Shown here one piece after another: positions 20,246-29,547 of a stretch of 64,000 bases of DNA (position 1 is the first letter of the stretch; every line of letters begins with the position of its first letter). The notes beneath the pieces were generated by a model, which saw only the letters and a program-made list of their open reading frames with translations, was not told the origin of the DNA and did no database searches. Made by a program: the position numbers and the translations under genes. Origin of the DNA: Trueperaceae bacterium (lineage in GTDB: Bacteria > Deinococcota > Deinococci > Deinococcales > Trueperaceae); NCBI GenBank assembly GCA_965213925.1, contig OZ243927.1, positions 2,720,001 through 2,784,000 of the forward strand. Reading direction: 5' to 3'.

Positions 20246-20577
20246 GTTGCGCCCCCAACTTCCGATACAAGGCTCTATTGCACCCAAAATTACATTACGT
20301 CGTCAGCATAGCGTAGGGCGGCGCGTGGAGAGTGCAGGCTCGAGGACAAAATAGGGCGCAGTGAGCGAGAGCGAGCTATGACGCTGAATGTGTGAGCGGA
20401 GTATTAGGAGACGTCTGACGGTTACGTAATGTCATCCCCTCTCTCACTGACTTGACAGTATCTTACGTGTAAAGAATTGCCATTCGGAGGGCTCGAGCGC
20501 AGCTTCATGAACCTCTCTTGACGCCCACCTGCCGTCCGAACGAGCCCTCCGCGTGCTACGCTGACGCAGGGGTACCC

Positions 20578-21675
20578 GTGACCGATTCGTTAAGCCGCGC
20601 ACTACTTATTATCATCACCATCATCCTGGGCGTAGCGGCGCTTAGCCTGGCGCAGCCCATTCTCATGCCGCTCGCTTTCGCGGGCGTGCTCGTCATCCTC
20701 TTTCAACCCTTACAGCGCTGGCTCAATAAACACATGCCAACGTGGTTGAGTCCCTTTCTCGTGACCTTTGTGGTGTTGGCGCTGCTGGGGCTCTTCTGGG
20801 CGATTCTCTCCTACAGCGTGTCGGTTGTCGCCGTCGAGGTGCCCGACTACTCGGAGCGTTTTGAGGCGAGGATTCAGGCGTGGGAGGCGCAACTTTCCCG
20901 CCTCGGCGTCTCGCTGCCCGGAGCCGGAGACGAGGGCTCCTCGGCGCAGCTTGTGCAGGGGGTGCTCAGCGCGATAGGCAGTGTGGCGACGTCCTTTAGC
21001 AGTACCATCTTAGTGGTGACGGTGCTGCTCTTTTTGCTTTTAGAACTCGGTCCGCTGCGCTACAAGTTAGAACGGGTTATGGGCCAGGCGGACCGCCAAA
21101 AGTTCGCCCAAGCGCTCCGCCAGATGACCTGGAAGCTCTCACGCTACGCTTGGGTGACGGTGCTCATCAGCCTCGTCACGGGTCTTCTGACGACGCTCTG
21201 GTGTATGCTCTTGGGCATCGAATTCGCCTTTGTATGGGGTGTCATCAGCTTTTTATTAAACTTTGTGCCGACCATCGGCTCGATCATCGCAGTGGTGCCG
21301 CCCACGCTCTTTGCGTTCGCCTTTGGCGGCGTGGGTTTAGGTGTCGCGGCGCTTTTAGGGCTCGGCACGATGCAGTTCACGACGGGCAACTTCGTCGCGC
21401 CTAAGTTCATCGGCGAGGCGCTCCAGCTCTCCCCGCTGGTGGTGCTTTTAGCGGTCGTCTTTTGGGGCTGGCTCTGGGGCATCGGCGGGGCGATCATCGG
21501 GGTGCCCCTCACGATGGCGATCGTGCTGGTATGTCAGGAGTTCGAAGGGCTACGCAACATCGCGGTGCTGCTCAGCCAACCTAAGGTGGTGGACGATGTG
21601 GCGGTTCTCGAGCAGGCCCAGCTCAGCCCGTCGGGTCAAGCGGTCAAGAAGGTGGCAGAGAAGGGCGCGGAGTAG
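20578..21675 (+). CDS. AI-2E family transporter
   Basis: ILMPLAFA, WGVISFLLNFVPTIGS, LSPLVVLLAVVFWGWLWGIGGAIIGVP. Confidence 0.92.
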   Translation: MTDSLSRALLIIITIILGVAALSLAQPILMPLAFAGVLVILFQPLQRWLNKHMPTWLSPFLVTFVVLALLGLFWAILSYSVSVVAVEVPDYSERFEARIQAWEAQLSRLGVSLPGAGDEGSSAQLVQGVLSAIGSVATSFSSTILVVTVLLFLLLELGPLRYKLERVMGQADRQKFAQALRQMTWKLSRYAWVTVLISLVTGLLTTLWCMLLGIEFAFVWGVISFLLNFVPTIGSIIAVVPPTLFAFAFGGVGLGVAALLGLGTMQFTTGNFVAPKFIGEALQLSPLVVLLAVVFWGWLWGIGGAIIGVPLTMAIVLVCQEFEGLRNIAVLLSQPKVVDDVAVLEQAQLSPSGQAVKKVAEKGAE

Positions 21676-21851
21676 CGGCTGAGCTAGCAGCGAAAGGGGT
21701 TGCAGTTCTGACGATGAGGAGGTGCAAGGGAGATGGGTAGAAAAAGCGCCGGCACCTTTCCTCATCCCCTACCTCCCCATCATCCAACGCTGCACCGCGT
21801 CCTTTATGTCATCTAGCCCTTGCCAGTAATTGAGCTTTTATGTCAACATTA

Positions 21852-21969
21852 AGTCCATTTCCGGTTAATGTTAATTAACCCGAGTGTAGCGAGTAGAAAT
21901 AAGTACGGGTTCCGGTTGGAACGGCGTAAATCCCGCTAGGGTTTATAGCGTGTATAACTGGAACCTGTA
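21852..21969. repeat. Deinococcus SRE/SNR-like short dispersed repeat
   Basis: TTCCGGTTAAT..ATTAACCCGA, then AGCGAGTAGAAAT and hairpin TACGGGTTCCGGTT...AACTGGAACCTGTA; shares AGCGAGTAGAAAT..ACG..TTCCGG with the copy at 50343. Confidence 0.6.
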
Positions 21970-21992
21970 AAAGCCGATTTGGAGGACTGACG

Positions 21993-22847
21993 ATGGATTA
22001 CGCCAACCCCGATGTACTCGTTTCAACCGACTGGGTCCTGGAGCACCACCAGGACGATAACGTGCGCGTCTTGGAGGTGGACGAAGACGTACTCTTGTAC
22101 GACACTGGCCACATCCCCGGTAGCCAGAAGATCGACTGGCTCTTAGACCTCTGGGACGACACCATGCGCGAATTCGTTCAACCTGATGAGTTGGCGCAAC
22201 TTTTTGAGCGCTTGGGCGTCTCGAACGACACCACGATCATCCTCTATGGTGACAAGAACAACTGGTGGGCGGCGTACGCCTTCTGGTTCTTTAAGTATAG
22301 CGGGCATGAGGACGTACGGCTTATGAACGGCGGGCGGGTCAAGTGGACCTTGGAGGACAAGCCCATCTCAAATGACGTGCCAAGCTATGAAAAAGGTTCC
22401 TACACGCCCGGTCAGCGCAACCCCGACTTTAGAGCCTTCAAAGATGAGGTCTTGTCGCATATCGACAAGGTCAAAGCTGGTCAGGGCGCGATGGTGGACG
22501 TGCGCAGCCCCGGCGAATTCAGCGGCGAGGTCACGCACATGCCCAACTACCCGCAAGAGGGCGTCTTGCGCGGCGGTCACATCCCCGGCGCGAGCAACAT
22601 CCCTTGGGCGAGAGCCGCGAATGAGGACGGCACCTTCAAAAGCGCAGACGAACTCAAAGAGATTTATGACGCCGAGGGCGTCACAGGCGACAAGGACATC
22701 ATCGCGTACTGCCGCATCGCCGAGCGCAGCTCGCACTCATGGTTCGTCCTCAAGTACCTCTTAGGCTACGAGAACGTCAAGAACTACGACGGCTCCTGGA
22801 CCGAGTGGGGCAACAGCGTGGGTGTACCCATCGAGAAGGGGAGTTAG
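21993..22847 (+). CDS. Thiosulfate/3-mercaptopyruvate sulfurtransferase (tandem rhodanese)
   Basis: [17 protein letters not shown] twice, active site [16 protein letters not shown]. Confidence 0.95.
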   Translation: MDYANPDVLVSTDWVLEHHQDDNVRVLEVDEDVLLYDTGHIPGSQKIDWLLDLWDDTMREFVQPDELAQLFERLGVSNDTTIILYGDKNNWWAAYAFWFFKYSGHEDVRLMNGGRVKWTLEDKPISNDVPSYEKGSYTPGQRNPDFRAFKDEVLSHIDKVKAGQGAMVDVRSPGEFSGEVTHMPNYPQEGVLRGGHIPGASNIPWARAANEDGTFKSADELKEIYDAEGVTGDKDIIAYCRIAERSSHSWFVLKYLLGYENVKNYDGSWTEWGNSVGVPIEKGS

Positions 22848-22881
22848 GCGCTCCAGCGCGTCTAAGCGCAACTAGTTATAT

Positions 22882-22920
22882 AGGTGCCGACAAGCGTTAG
22901 AAACGTTTGTCGGCACCTTT
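22882..22920 (+). terminator. Intrinsic terminator
   Basis: AGGTGCCGACAAGCGTT-AGA-AACGTTTGTCGGCACCTTT. Confidence 0.7.
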
Positions 22921-22942
22921 GTGCGTCCGTTATACTCGGCGC

Positions 22943-23533
22943 ATGTCCTTGACCCTACGCGCGCTTACTGGCACTCAAATTCACGACTACCTGGACGCCC
23001 TCGCGGACCTGCGCATCAGAGTGTTTAGAGAATGGCCCTACCTCTATGAGGGCGACCGAGAGTACGAGGCGCGCTACCTCAAGGCGTTCGCCGAGGCGGA
23101 CGGCGCGCTGCTCGTCGCCGCTTTTTCAGGCGAACACCTCATCGGCGCGTCGACGGCGCTACCTTTAGCGCACGAACACGAGGCGCTCCGTCACCCCTTC
23201 GGGAGTGCGGAGGTTGCGCCCGTCACCGATTGGTACTACCTCGCCGAATCCGTCTTGCTCCCGGACTACCGCGGTCAGGGCGCAGGGCGTCGCTTCTTCG
23301 AGATGCGCGAGTCCCACGCTCAAGAGTTGGGCTTCGCGCGCACCTGCTTCGCCGCGCTGCAGCGCGGCGATGACGACCCGCGCCGCCCCGAGACCTACCG
23401 CGACCTCGCCCCCTTCTGGCGTCGGCTCGGCTACGCCCCCCGCCGTGACTTGACGGCGCACCTCGCGTGGCGCGAAGTCGGCGAACAGGAGGAGACGCCC
23501 AAGCCGCTCATGTTCTGGCTTAAAAACTTGTAG
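22943..23533 (+). CDS. GNAT-family acetyltransferase (leaderless)
   Basis: LRIRVFREWPYLY, ESVLLPDYRGQGAG, FWRRLGY; TATACT is 6 nt before ATG. Confidence 0.88.
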   Translation: MSLTLRALTGTQIHDYLDALADLRIRVFREWPYLYEGDREYEARYLKAFAEADGALLVAAFSGEHLIGASTALPLAHEHEALRHPFGSAEVAPVTDWYYLAESVLLPDYRGQGAGRRFFEMRESHAQELGFARTCFAALQRGDDDPRRPETYRDLAPFWRRLGYAPRRDLTAHLAWREVGEQEETPKPLMFWLKNL

Positions 23534-23747
23534 CAGCCCGACGCCGCTCCACCACGCATATAAACACCATCTCGAGCGCCACGGACAGCTTTAACTGAAC
23601 GTTGTGACCCAGTCCCCACGATGACTCGACGCTCGAAAGACAGCACCCCGCGACACCTCCTAAATCAGAAAAAGACAATGTTTAGAAGATGGCTTCTAGC
23701 GTATAACGCGGCGCATTGTCCGACAGCATCACTGGAGCTGCCCTACT

Positions 23748-23792
23748 CGAAATAAAAATATCACAAGCTAGAGTATTGTGAATTTTATCTTT
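23748..23792 (+). repeat. Dyad site S1 (TCAC-N13-GTGA family)
   Basis: CGAAATAAAAATATCACAAGCTAGAGTATTGTGAATTTTATCTT, between convergent genes. Confidence 0.7.
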
Positions 23793-23882
23793 TACGGTAG
23801 TTTATCGGAAGTTCCAGCCATACTACTTTTAGCGTTTAGGTCGACGAGCCCTACGCTTCGTGCGCTTCATATGGTCGCGCGG

Positions 23883-24824
23883 TCAAGAGACGACGTTCTC
23901 GAGTTCCTCCCCCGCCAAATAGCGTTCGACGTTGCGCCTTATCAGGTCAGCCGCGCCGCGCGGCCTACCCCCGGCGGCGTGCGGCGAGATAAAGGCGTTA
24001 TCCAGGTCCCAGAGAGGCGAGTCGCTCGGCAGCGGCTCCGTCTCGAACACGTCTAACACTGCGCCCGCGAGGGTCCCTTCTCGCAGAGCGCGAGCGAGCG
24101 CCGCTTCGTCGACCGTGTCGCCGCGCCCGACGTTGACGAGCCAAGCGTGGGCGGGCAACTGCCCTAACGTTTCACCGCTGAGCGCGTGCTTGGTCGCCTC
24201 ATTCGAGGGCAGAATCATCACGAGCGCGTCCGTCTGCGGCAAGAGCGCCGCTAGGTCCTCCTCACGGCGCACCGGGAAACCGGCGCGTTCCCCTTCGCTG
24301 CGGGCGACGCCCGTGACCTTCGCGCCGAGCATCGCCAGAAAAGGCGCGAGCGTCTGCGCGATGCTGCCGAAGCCCCAGATGGTCACGTTGGCGTCCTCTA
24401 AGGTGCGAAAATCCCCTTCGGGTTTAACAGGTTGTACGCCGCCGAGTTCGCCCGGCCAACGCGTCTCACGCTGCGCGTCGCGCATCAGATGAAAGCGCCG
24501 CGCGGCGACGAGCAAAAGTCCTAGCGTGTGCTCCGCTACCGTCCGGTCGTGCAAGCCGCTCCCGGACGTGACGGTAATCTCGGAATCAAACCCCGCTCCC
24601 AGCACCTTATCCGGTCCCGCCGCCAGCGACTGAATCCATCTGAGTTTCGTCAAACGCTGCGCCGCGCCACTTAGCATCTCGGGCGTGTTGCCCCACACGA
24701 CGAGCACCTCGGCGTCCTCGTGCTCGGCGGGGAGCTTCTGGTCGACTTCGTAGGGGTGCGCCTCGACCTCTTGGGGTAACGCGGCGAGGTCGAGGTCGGT
24801 CGAGGTAGGATAGAGAAGTTTCAT
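23883..24824 (-). CDS. D-2-hydroxyacid dehydrogenase
   Basis: VAEHTL, GFGSIA, VNVGRG, LDVFETEPL, SPHAAG. Confidence 0.93.
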   Translation of the reverse strand: MKLLYPTSTDLDLAALPQEVEAHPYEVDQKLPAEHEDAEVLVVWGNTPEMLSGAAQRLTKLRWIQSLAAGPDKVLGAGFDSEITVTSGSGLHDRTVAEHTLGLLLVAARRFHLMRDAQRETRWPGELGGVQPVKPEGDFRTLEDANVTIWGFGSIAQTLAPFLAMLGAKVTGVARSEGERAGFPVRREEDLAALLPQTDALVMILPSNEATKHALSGETLGQLPAHAWLVNVGRGDTVDEAALARALREGTLAGAVLDVFETEPLPSDSPLWDLDNAFISPHAAGGRPRGAADLIRRNVERYLAGEELENVVS

Positions 24825-25016
24825 AGCGTTACTTTAGCAGGTTCGCCTGCCAAACCTTTTGATGTGCTGAATTGCCCCGCTGCTTGCAAAGCGTCCTATT
24901 GACGACGTAACCTGCTCCAAAAGGGCACTCGAGCTGCAACTCACTTGAGCCCCTTGGCGCTATCATCGACGTAATATCGTATCGGTTTTACAAACCGCGT
25001 AGAGGTGAGGAGACGT

Positions 25017-25865
25017 ATGGTCAAGTTCGGTGCGCACGCATTTATTTGGACAGGCGACTGGAACCCGGAGGCGGGCGACGAGGTCATCGTTTTAGCCGCG
25101 GAGACCGGTTTTGACTTTCTCGAGATTCCCCTCCTGGAGCCTCACAGTTTTGACGCCAAGAGGCACCGCCAGACGCTCCAAAGCGCGGGGTTAGGGGCGA
25201 CCTGCTCACTCGTTTTGCCTGAGGACGCCCATATGCCCGAGCAGCCGGAAGCGGCAAAAACCTTTTTGCTGCGCGCCTTGGATCAAGTCGAGGCTTTGGG
25301 GAGTCGTTATCTAGGTGGCTGCATCGCCTACCACTTAGGATATCTGACGGGTGCGCCGCCCACGTCCGAAGAGCGAGAGACGGTGGTGCGGGTGCTCAAA
25401 GAGGTCGCGGCGGAGGCGCAAGCGAGGAACATCACCTTGGCGCTGGAAGCGTGCAACCGTTACGAAACGTATCTTTATAACACCCTCGCGGACACAAGAG
25501 CGACCATTGTAGAGGTCGGCGCGTCCAACCTCAAGCTCCACGCCGATACCTACCACATGAACATCGAAGAGGAGGGTTTTGAGACGCCTATCGTCGCCTC
25601 CGCCGACGTGCTCGACTACGTCCACATGAGCGAGAGTCACCGGGGCGCGGTGGGTACGGGCACGGTGAATTGGAACGAGGTGTGGTCGGGCTTGGCGAAG
25701 ATCGACTTCGGGGGCAGTCTCGTGCTGGAATCTTTCGCCGCCATCAACCCGACCTTAGCCGCGGCGACGTGCGTGTGGCGTCCGCCGAACGAACCCTCTG
25801 ACGTGATCGCGAGAGAGGGTTTAGCCTTTCTCAAGGCGGGCGCACAGAAGCACGGTCTTCTCTAA
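25017..25865 (+). CDS. Sugar phosphate isomerase/epimerase (D-psicose/tagatose 3-epimerase family)
   Basis: GFDFLEIP, LEACNRYE, DTYHMNIEE, HMSESHRG..GTG, LESF. Confidence 0.9.
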   Translation: MVKFGAHAFIWTGDWNPEAGDEVIVLAAETGFDFLEIPLLEPHSFDAKRHRQTLQSAGLGATCSLVLPEDAHMPEQPEAAKTFLLRALDQVEALGSRYLGGCIAYHLGYLTGAPPTSEERETVVRVLKEVAAEAQARNITLALEACNRYETYLYNTLADTRATIVEVGASNLKLHADTYHMNIEEEGFETPIVASADVLDYVHMSESHRGAVGTGTVNWNEVWSGLAKIDFGGSLVLESFAAINPTLAAATCVWRPPNEPSDVIAREGLAFLKAGAQKHGLL

Positions 25866-26035
25866 GGTGTTTGATTAAGAGGCTTAGTCGTGTACAAAGC
25901 CCTCCTCGAGCCTTTCTCCAGGAAGAGCGGCGAGACATCACGAGTTAGGTTGAGAAGCAGCGCCGAAGCTGGTAATGCACCGCCGCTAAAGTAGACCTCT
26001 TGCAAACGTACCACCTCATCCAGTGATTGCGTTTG

Positions 26036-26221
26036 TACAGATGCCGGTTGATTACCCCATAAACTCCGTTATGAAATTTTGCCTTTCGCATTCGCGAAAA
26101 CTGCGTAACCGGCAAACGCTTCGCGCTTCGTTGGAGTTGATTCCGTGCTCATCGGAATCCGTAATCTTTTCAACTCGTTACACTCCGGGTAACTCCCGTA
26201 GGAATTACCCGGAAACGGTAT
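26036..26221. repeat. SRE/SNR-like dispersed repeat(s)
   Basis: TACAGATGCCGGTTGATTACC...CGGAATCCGTA, then hairpin TCCGGGTAA...TTACCCGGAAACGGTA; shares TTGATTACC.CA.AAA and AATTACCCGGAAACGGTA with 39854-40002. Confidence 0.55.
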
Positions 26222-26347
26222 TACTCGTATTCGTTCCACTCGGCAAAAGCGGAAGCCAGACAGACGCCTGCTTCTTCGCAAGAGGTCTAGTACATAGGAC
26301 TAGTACATAGGAACAGTTGGGTCGCGAGGCTGCGGAAGACTAAAACG

Positions 26348-27376
26348 CTAGCGCACCTCGAGCCCCAGCTCGAGCAGCCGCTCGATCAGTTCACCGTAGG
26401 GTACGCCCGTCTCTTCCCAAAGTTTAGGGTACATGCTCGTCGCCGTAAAGCCCGGCATGGTGTTGATCTCGTTGAGGTAGAGCGTCTCGCCCGCCAAAAA
26501 GAAGTCCACCCTCGCCAAGCCCGCCGCGTCAACCGCCAAAAATGCGTCGACGGCAAGCTGCCGACACCGCGCGGCTACCGGTTCAGGCAGATGGGCGGGG
26601 ATGTCTAACTGAGCGCAGCCCTCGGTATATTTGGTGCTGTAGTCGTAAAAGTCACCGCGAAAGCGAATCTCGCCGACCACGCTCGCGCTCGGCGCGTCGT
26701 TGCCGAGCACGCCGACCTCCAACTCCCTCGCGCCGCTAAGCCCCGCCTCTACGATGATGCGGCGGTCGTGCTGCGCCGCCAGCGACAGCGCCTCGCGCAA
26801 GCTCGCCTCATCCTCCGCCTTGCTGATCCCGACCGACGAGCCCAAGTTGGCAGGTTTCACAAACACGGGGTAGGGGAGACCTCGCAAGGCTTGCAGGACC
26901 TCGTCGGGGAGCGCGAGCCACGCGCTCCGGCTCACCGCCTTATAAGGAACCTGCGGCAAGCCGTGCGCGGCAAAAACCGCCTTCATCATCAGCTTGTCCA
27001 TCCCTACAGCGCTCCCTAAAACGTCTGAGCCGACGAAGGGAAGTTTCATCAGTTTGAGGAGCCCTTGTACGCTGCCGTCCTCCCCGAAAGGACCGTGCAG
27101 CAGCGGAAAGACGACGTCGAAAGCGGAAGGGTCGAGACGCTGAAGGGGTTCACTTGACGCCAGTTTATACGCGTGCGCACCGCCCTTTGCGCTGAGGATT
27201 CGCGCCGACGCTTCCGCCCGCAGAAGTTGCCCCGCTCTGTTGATGATCAAAGGCTTAATGTCGAAACGTTCGCCCGCAGCCGCTACCACCGAACGCGCCG
27301 AGGCGAGCGACACCTCGTGCTCTTCGGACTGACCACCGCAGAGGAGGAGCACTCGAGGTTTCCGAGATTCAGCCAT
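26348..27376 (-). CDS. ddl: D-alanine--D-alanine ligase
   Basis: GGQSEEHEVS, LHGPFGEDG, KPANLGSSVG, YDYSTKY, NEINTMPG. Confidence 0.97.
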   Translation of the reverse strand: MAESRKPRVLLLCGGQSEEHEVSLASARSVVAAAGERFDIKPLIINRAGQLLRAEASARILSAKGGAHAYKLASSEPLQRLDPSAFDVVFPLLHGPFGEDGSVQGLLKLMKLPFVGSDVLGSAVGMDKLMMKAVFAAHGLPQVPYKAVSRSAWLALPDEVLQALRGLPYPVFVKPANLGSSVGISKAEDEASLREALSLAAQHDRRIIVEAGLSGARELEVGVLGNDAPSASVVGEIRFRGDFYDYSTKYTEGCAQLDIPAHLPEPVAARCRQLAVDAFLAVDAAGLARVDFFLAGETLYLNEINTMPGFTATSMYPKLWEETGVPYGELIERLLELGLEVR

Positions 27377-27561
27377 AATAACGATCTAACGTGTGTAAGT
27401 TACACATACTAGAGGTAGTCTACGCCGCTCGAGCCCGAGAGTCAAGCTGCGATGACGAAGAGGTTGAGCCTTCACGGAAGAGTGAACAACCGTGTAGAAA
27501 AGGTCTAAAAGTTTTATGTATACGCCGTAAGTACGTTTACAGAGTTAGCTTCAACTTCCTC

Positions 27562-27732
27562 AATACACTGTCAGCTAAGTTTTGCTACACTGTTGTCACC
27601 CTATTCACGAAGTACGGCTTCACGAAGTACGGCGAAGTCTGGTTGTCGAAAGGTCTCGTTTTGCAATCTCTTACAAAGGAGGAGGTGAAGGCAGAGATTC
27701 TTTCACTCCACCTTACTACGTTCAGAACTACA
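27562..27732 (-). mobile_element. Second (inverted, shorter) copy of the 5183-5442 MITE-like element
   Basis: AATACACTGTCAGCTAAGT, GTCACCCTATTCACGAAGT and GGTCTCG...CAATCTC...GAGATTCTTTCACT match the reverse complement of 5255-5442. Confidence 0.7.
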
Positions 27733-27739
27733 AAACGCT

Positions 27740-27777
27740 AAAAATTTCACGAGCTAGCATATTGTGAAAAATTTCTT
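27740..27777 (+). repeat. Dyad site S2
   Basis: AAAAATTTCACGAGCTAGCATATTGTGAAAAATTTCTT. Confidence 0.75.
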
Positions 27778-27963
27778 AAAATAGACTATCTCACATTACC
27801 CAAAAGGTTCGCAGTGTGCCTTCTTCTGCTAGTATCGGACGCGCCAGTAAGCGGGGTGGGGTCTCACCTCCGCGCAGTGCAGAGGAGAAATGACCTCTTA
27901 TTATTGACCAACAGGGGAGAGCGGACGCCCTGACGCAAACACACGGCGTTCTAACCACGCGCT

Positions 27964-29364
27964 TTACCACTCCTCAACGCCTTCGTGGATTTCCCTATCG
28001 TTCATCTTAGCGTAGCGCCGCGCCGTCTCGAGATTCGCCTGGCGCAGATGCTGTGCGACCCGCGCTAAGTCGTTGAACTGCTTGTGAAGCCGCGTGCCCG
28101 CGCCGTGTCTGAGCCCGTGAACCGCTCTGCCTTCGTAGGTAATGCCCGCTTGCAAACAGACGCGCTGAAATCGCTCCCTCGCCCGGTAGGCTCGGTAGGG
28201 AAGGACGAACCCGGTGTCCGCTCCGCTCGCCAGCTCCGCCAGCGCCGTTTTGAGCCGACGGCTCAGGGCGACCCGTCCCGTCTTTCCACCTTTACCTTTG
28301 CGGACCACCAACTCGCCCGCTTGCCAGTCGACGTCTCGCCAGCGCAAGGCGCTGATTTCAGCGATGCGCAGGCCCGCGTGAGCGCCCAACAAGATCATGA
28401 CCTCGTCCGGTCCTTCGGCCACCTCCAAAAGCCGTTCGACTTCGGCGACCGAATACGCGCCGCGCTTCTCCCAGGGAGCAACGGGGTCCTTGGCGACCTT
28501 GACGTTTTCGAACGGGGCGGCTTGCGTCGCGCCGCTCCAACGCAAGGCTTTGTAGAGGGTTCTCGCCGCCGCAAGCTTAACCTGCACTGTTGACGGGCTG
28601 AGCGTTCTCACCTCACCGTCCGCGCCCAGCTTTGGCTCCTGCGTCTGCGGGTGTAAGGCGGGTCGCTGCTCGAGCATTCTGACCCATGCTACGCCCGCGT
28701 CGCGCGAGGGACGGATCAGGTTTTCGTGACCCCAGTCCTCCACGAGGTCCAAGACGCCGCGCCGATAGTTCTCGCGCGTTCGCTCGCTCACCTTAGAGCC
28801 TTTGGTGCCGTGTAGGGTCAAGTAGGCGTCAGTGAGCGCCCAGAGCTGTTCGCTGTCGCGCTTTTGACAGGCGGCGACCACGTCACGTCGCAAATCTCTT
28901 TGAGAGGTCCGCGCCAAGGCGTCCGCGCGCCGGGTCGGGTCATCCTGATAGCGTTCCAAAGACAGCGCTGTGCCAGCGGCGCGCTCTTCACGAGGTTTGG
29001 AGGCGGGCGCGGAACTTGCTTCCAAAGCCGTTTTATAGAGTCGCTTTAATCCTTGCCTGACGATGGCGTGAACACGCTCTTTGCTGACCCCTAAGTCTTG
29101 CGCCACTGCCGCGAGCGTTTCGGGTCTGCCACCTAGCCCCAGCGTCCGGCTAAGAACGGCGCGCTGTTTTTCGGGCATATGTGTAGAGAAACGCTCGAGC
29201 AGTGCGCCCAGTGCCGCTGACCTTTCCGGCTCCGCGCGAAGCTCGCGCAGGTTGGGCAAGCGTTCATCCGGATAGACACAGTTCAGTGTGGAGATGGAGG
29301 TTTTTGCAGGGACTTCGCTGCCGGTTTGAGACGTGCCGGGGCTCGAGCTTTTACAGTTCGCCAT
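27964..29364 (-). CDS. Tyrosine recombinase/integrase with N-terminal sigma70 region-4-like HTH
   Basis: GLRIAE (R), KGKGGK (K), HGLRH (HxxR), LRQANLETARRY (Y); N-terminal EKQRAVL..LGLGG.PETLAAVAQDLGVSKERV; TATATT is 6 nt before ATG 29364. Confidence 0.9.
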   Translation of the reverse strand: MANCKSSSPGTSQTGSEVPAKTSISTLNCVYPDERLPNLRELRAEPERSAALGALLERFSTHMPEKQRAVLSRTLGLGGRPETLAAVAQDLGVSKERVHAIVRQGLKRLYKTALEASSAPASKPREERAAGTALSLERYQDDPTRRADALARTSQRDLRRDVVAACQKRDSEQLWALTDAYLTLHGTKGSKVSERTRENYRRGVLDLVEDWGHENLIRPSRDAGVAWVRMLEQRPALHPQTQEPKLGADGEVRTLSPSTVQVKLAAARTLYKALRWSGATQAAPFENVKVAKDPVAPWEKRGAYSVAEVERLLEVAEGPDEVMILLGAHAGLRIAEISALRWRDVDWQAGELVVRKGKGGKTGRVALSRRLKTALAELASGADTGFVLPYRAYRARERFQRVCLQAGITYEGRAVHGLRHGAGTRLHKQFNDLARVAQHLRQANLETARRYAKMNDREIHEGVEEW

Positions 29365-29375
29365 AAAGTTAATAT

Positions 29376-29401
29376 ACCCACCCAAGTATCCTTGGGTGGG
29401 T
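29376..29401. promoter_or_regulatory. Perfect palindrome abutting the recombinase -10 box
   Basis: ACCCACCCAAG-TATC-CTTGGGTGGGT. Confidence 0.6.
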
Positions 29402-29547
29402 GAACAGATTACAATTCATTTTGGACAGGTGGAGTGTCTATACGTAGCAGGTGCCGTAGGTAAAGCGGTAGTTCACTATCACCTCCAGCCAGTGAGGGCT
29501 TATCAGGAAGACCTCACTGGCTTCGGGCAAATGTGTATAAGCACATC

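Noticed and set aside
21845..21969. Rrf2-type operator or riboswitch upstream of the sulfurtransferase
   Set aside because: The palindromes are better explained as parts of the dispersed repeat also found at 50343-50422.
26023..26310. 95-aa and 70-aa ORFs
   Set aside because: They overlap SRE-like repeats between convergent genes.
27391..27767. 116-aa and 61-aa ORFs
   Set aside because: They run through the MITE copy and site S2; no coding signature.
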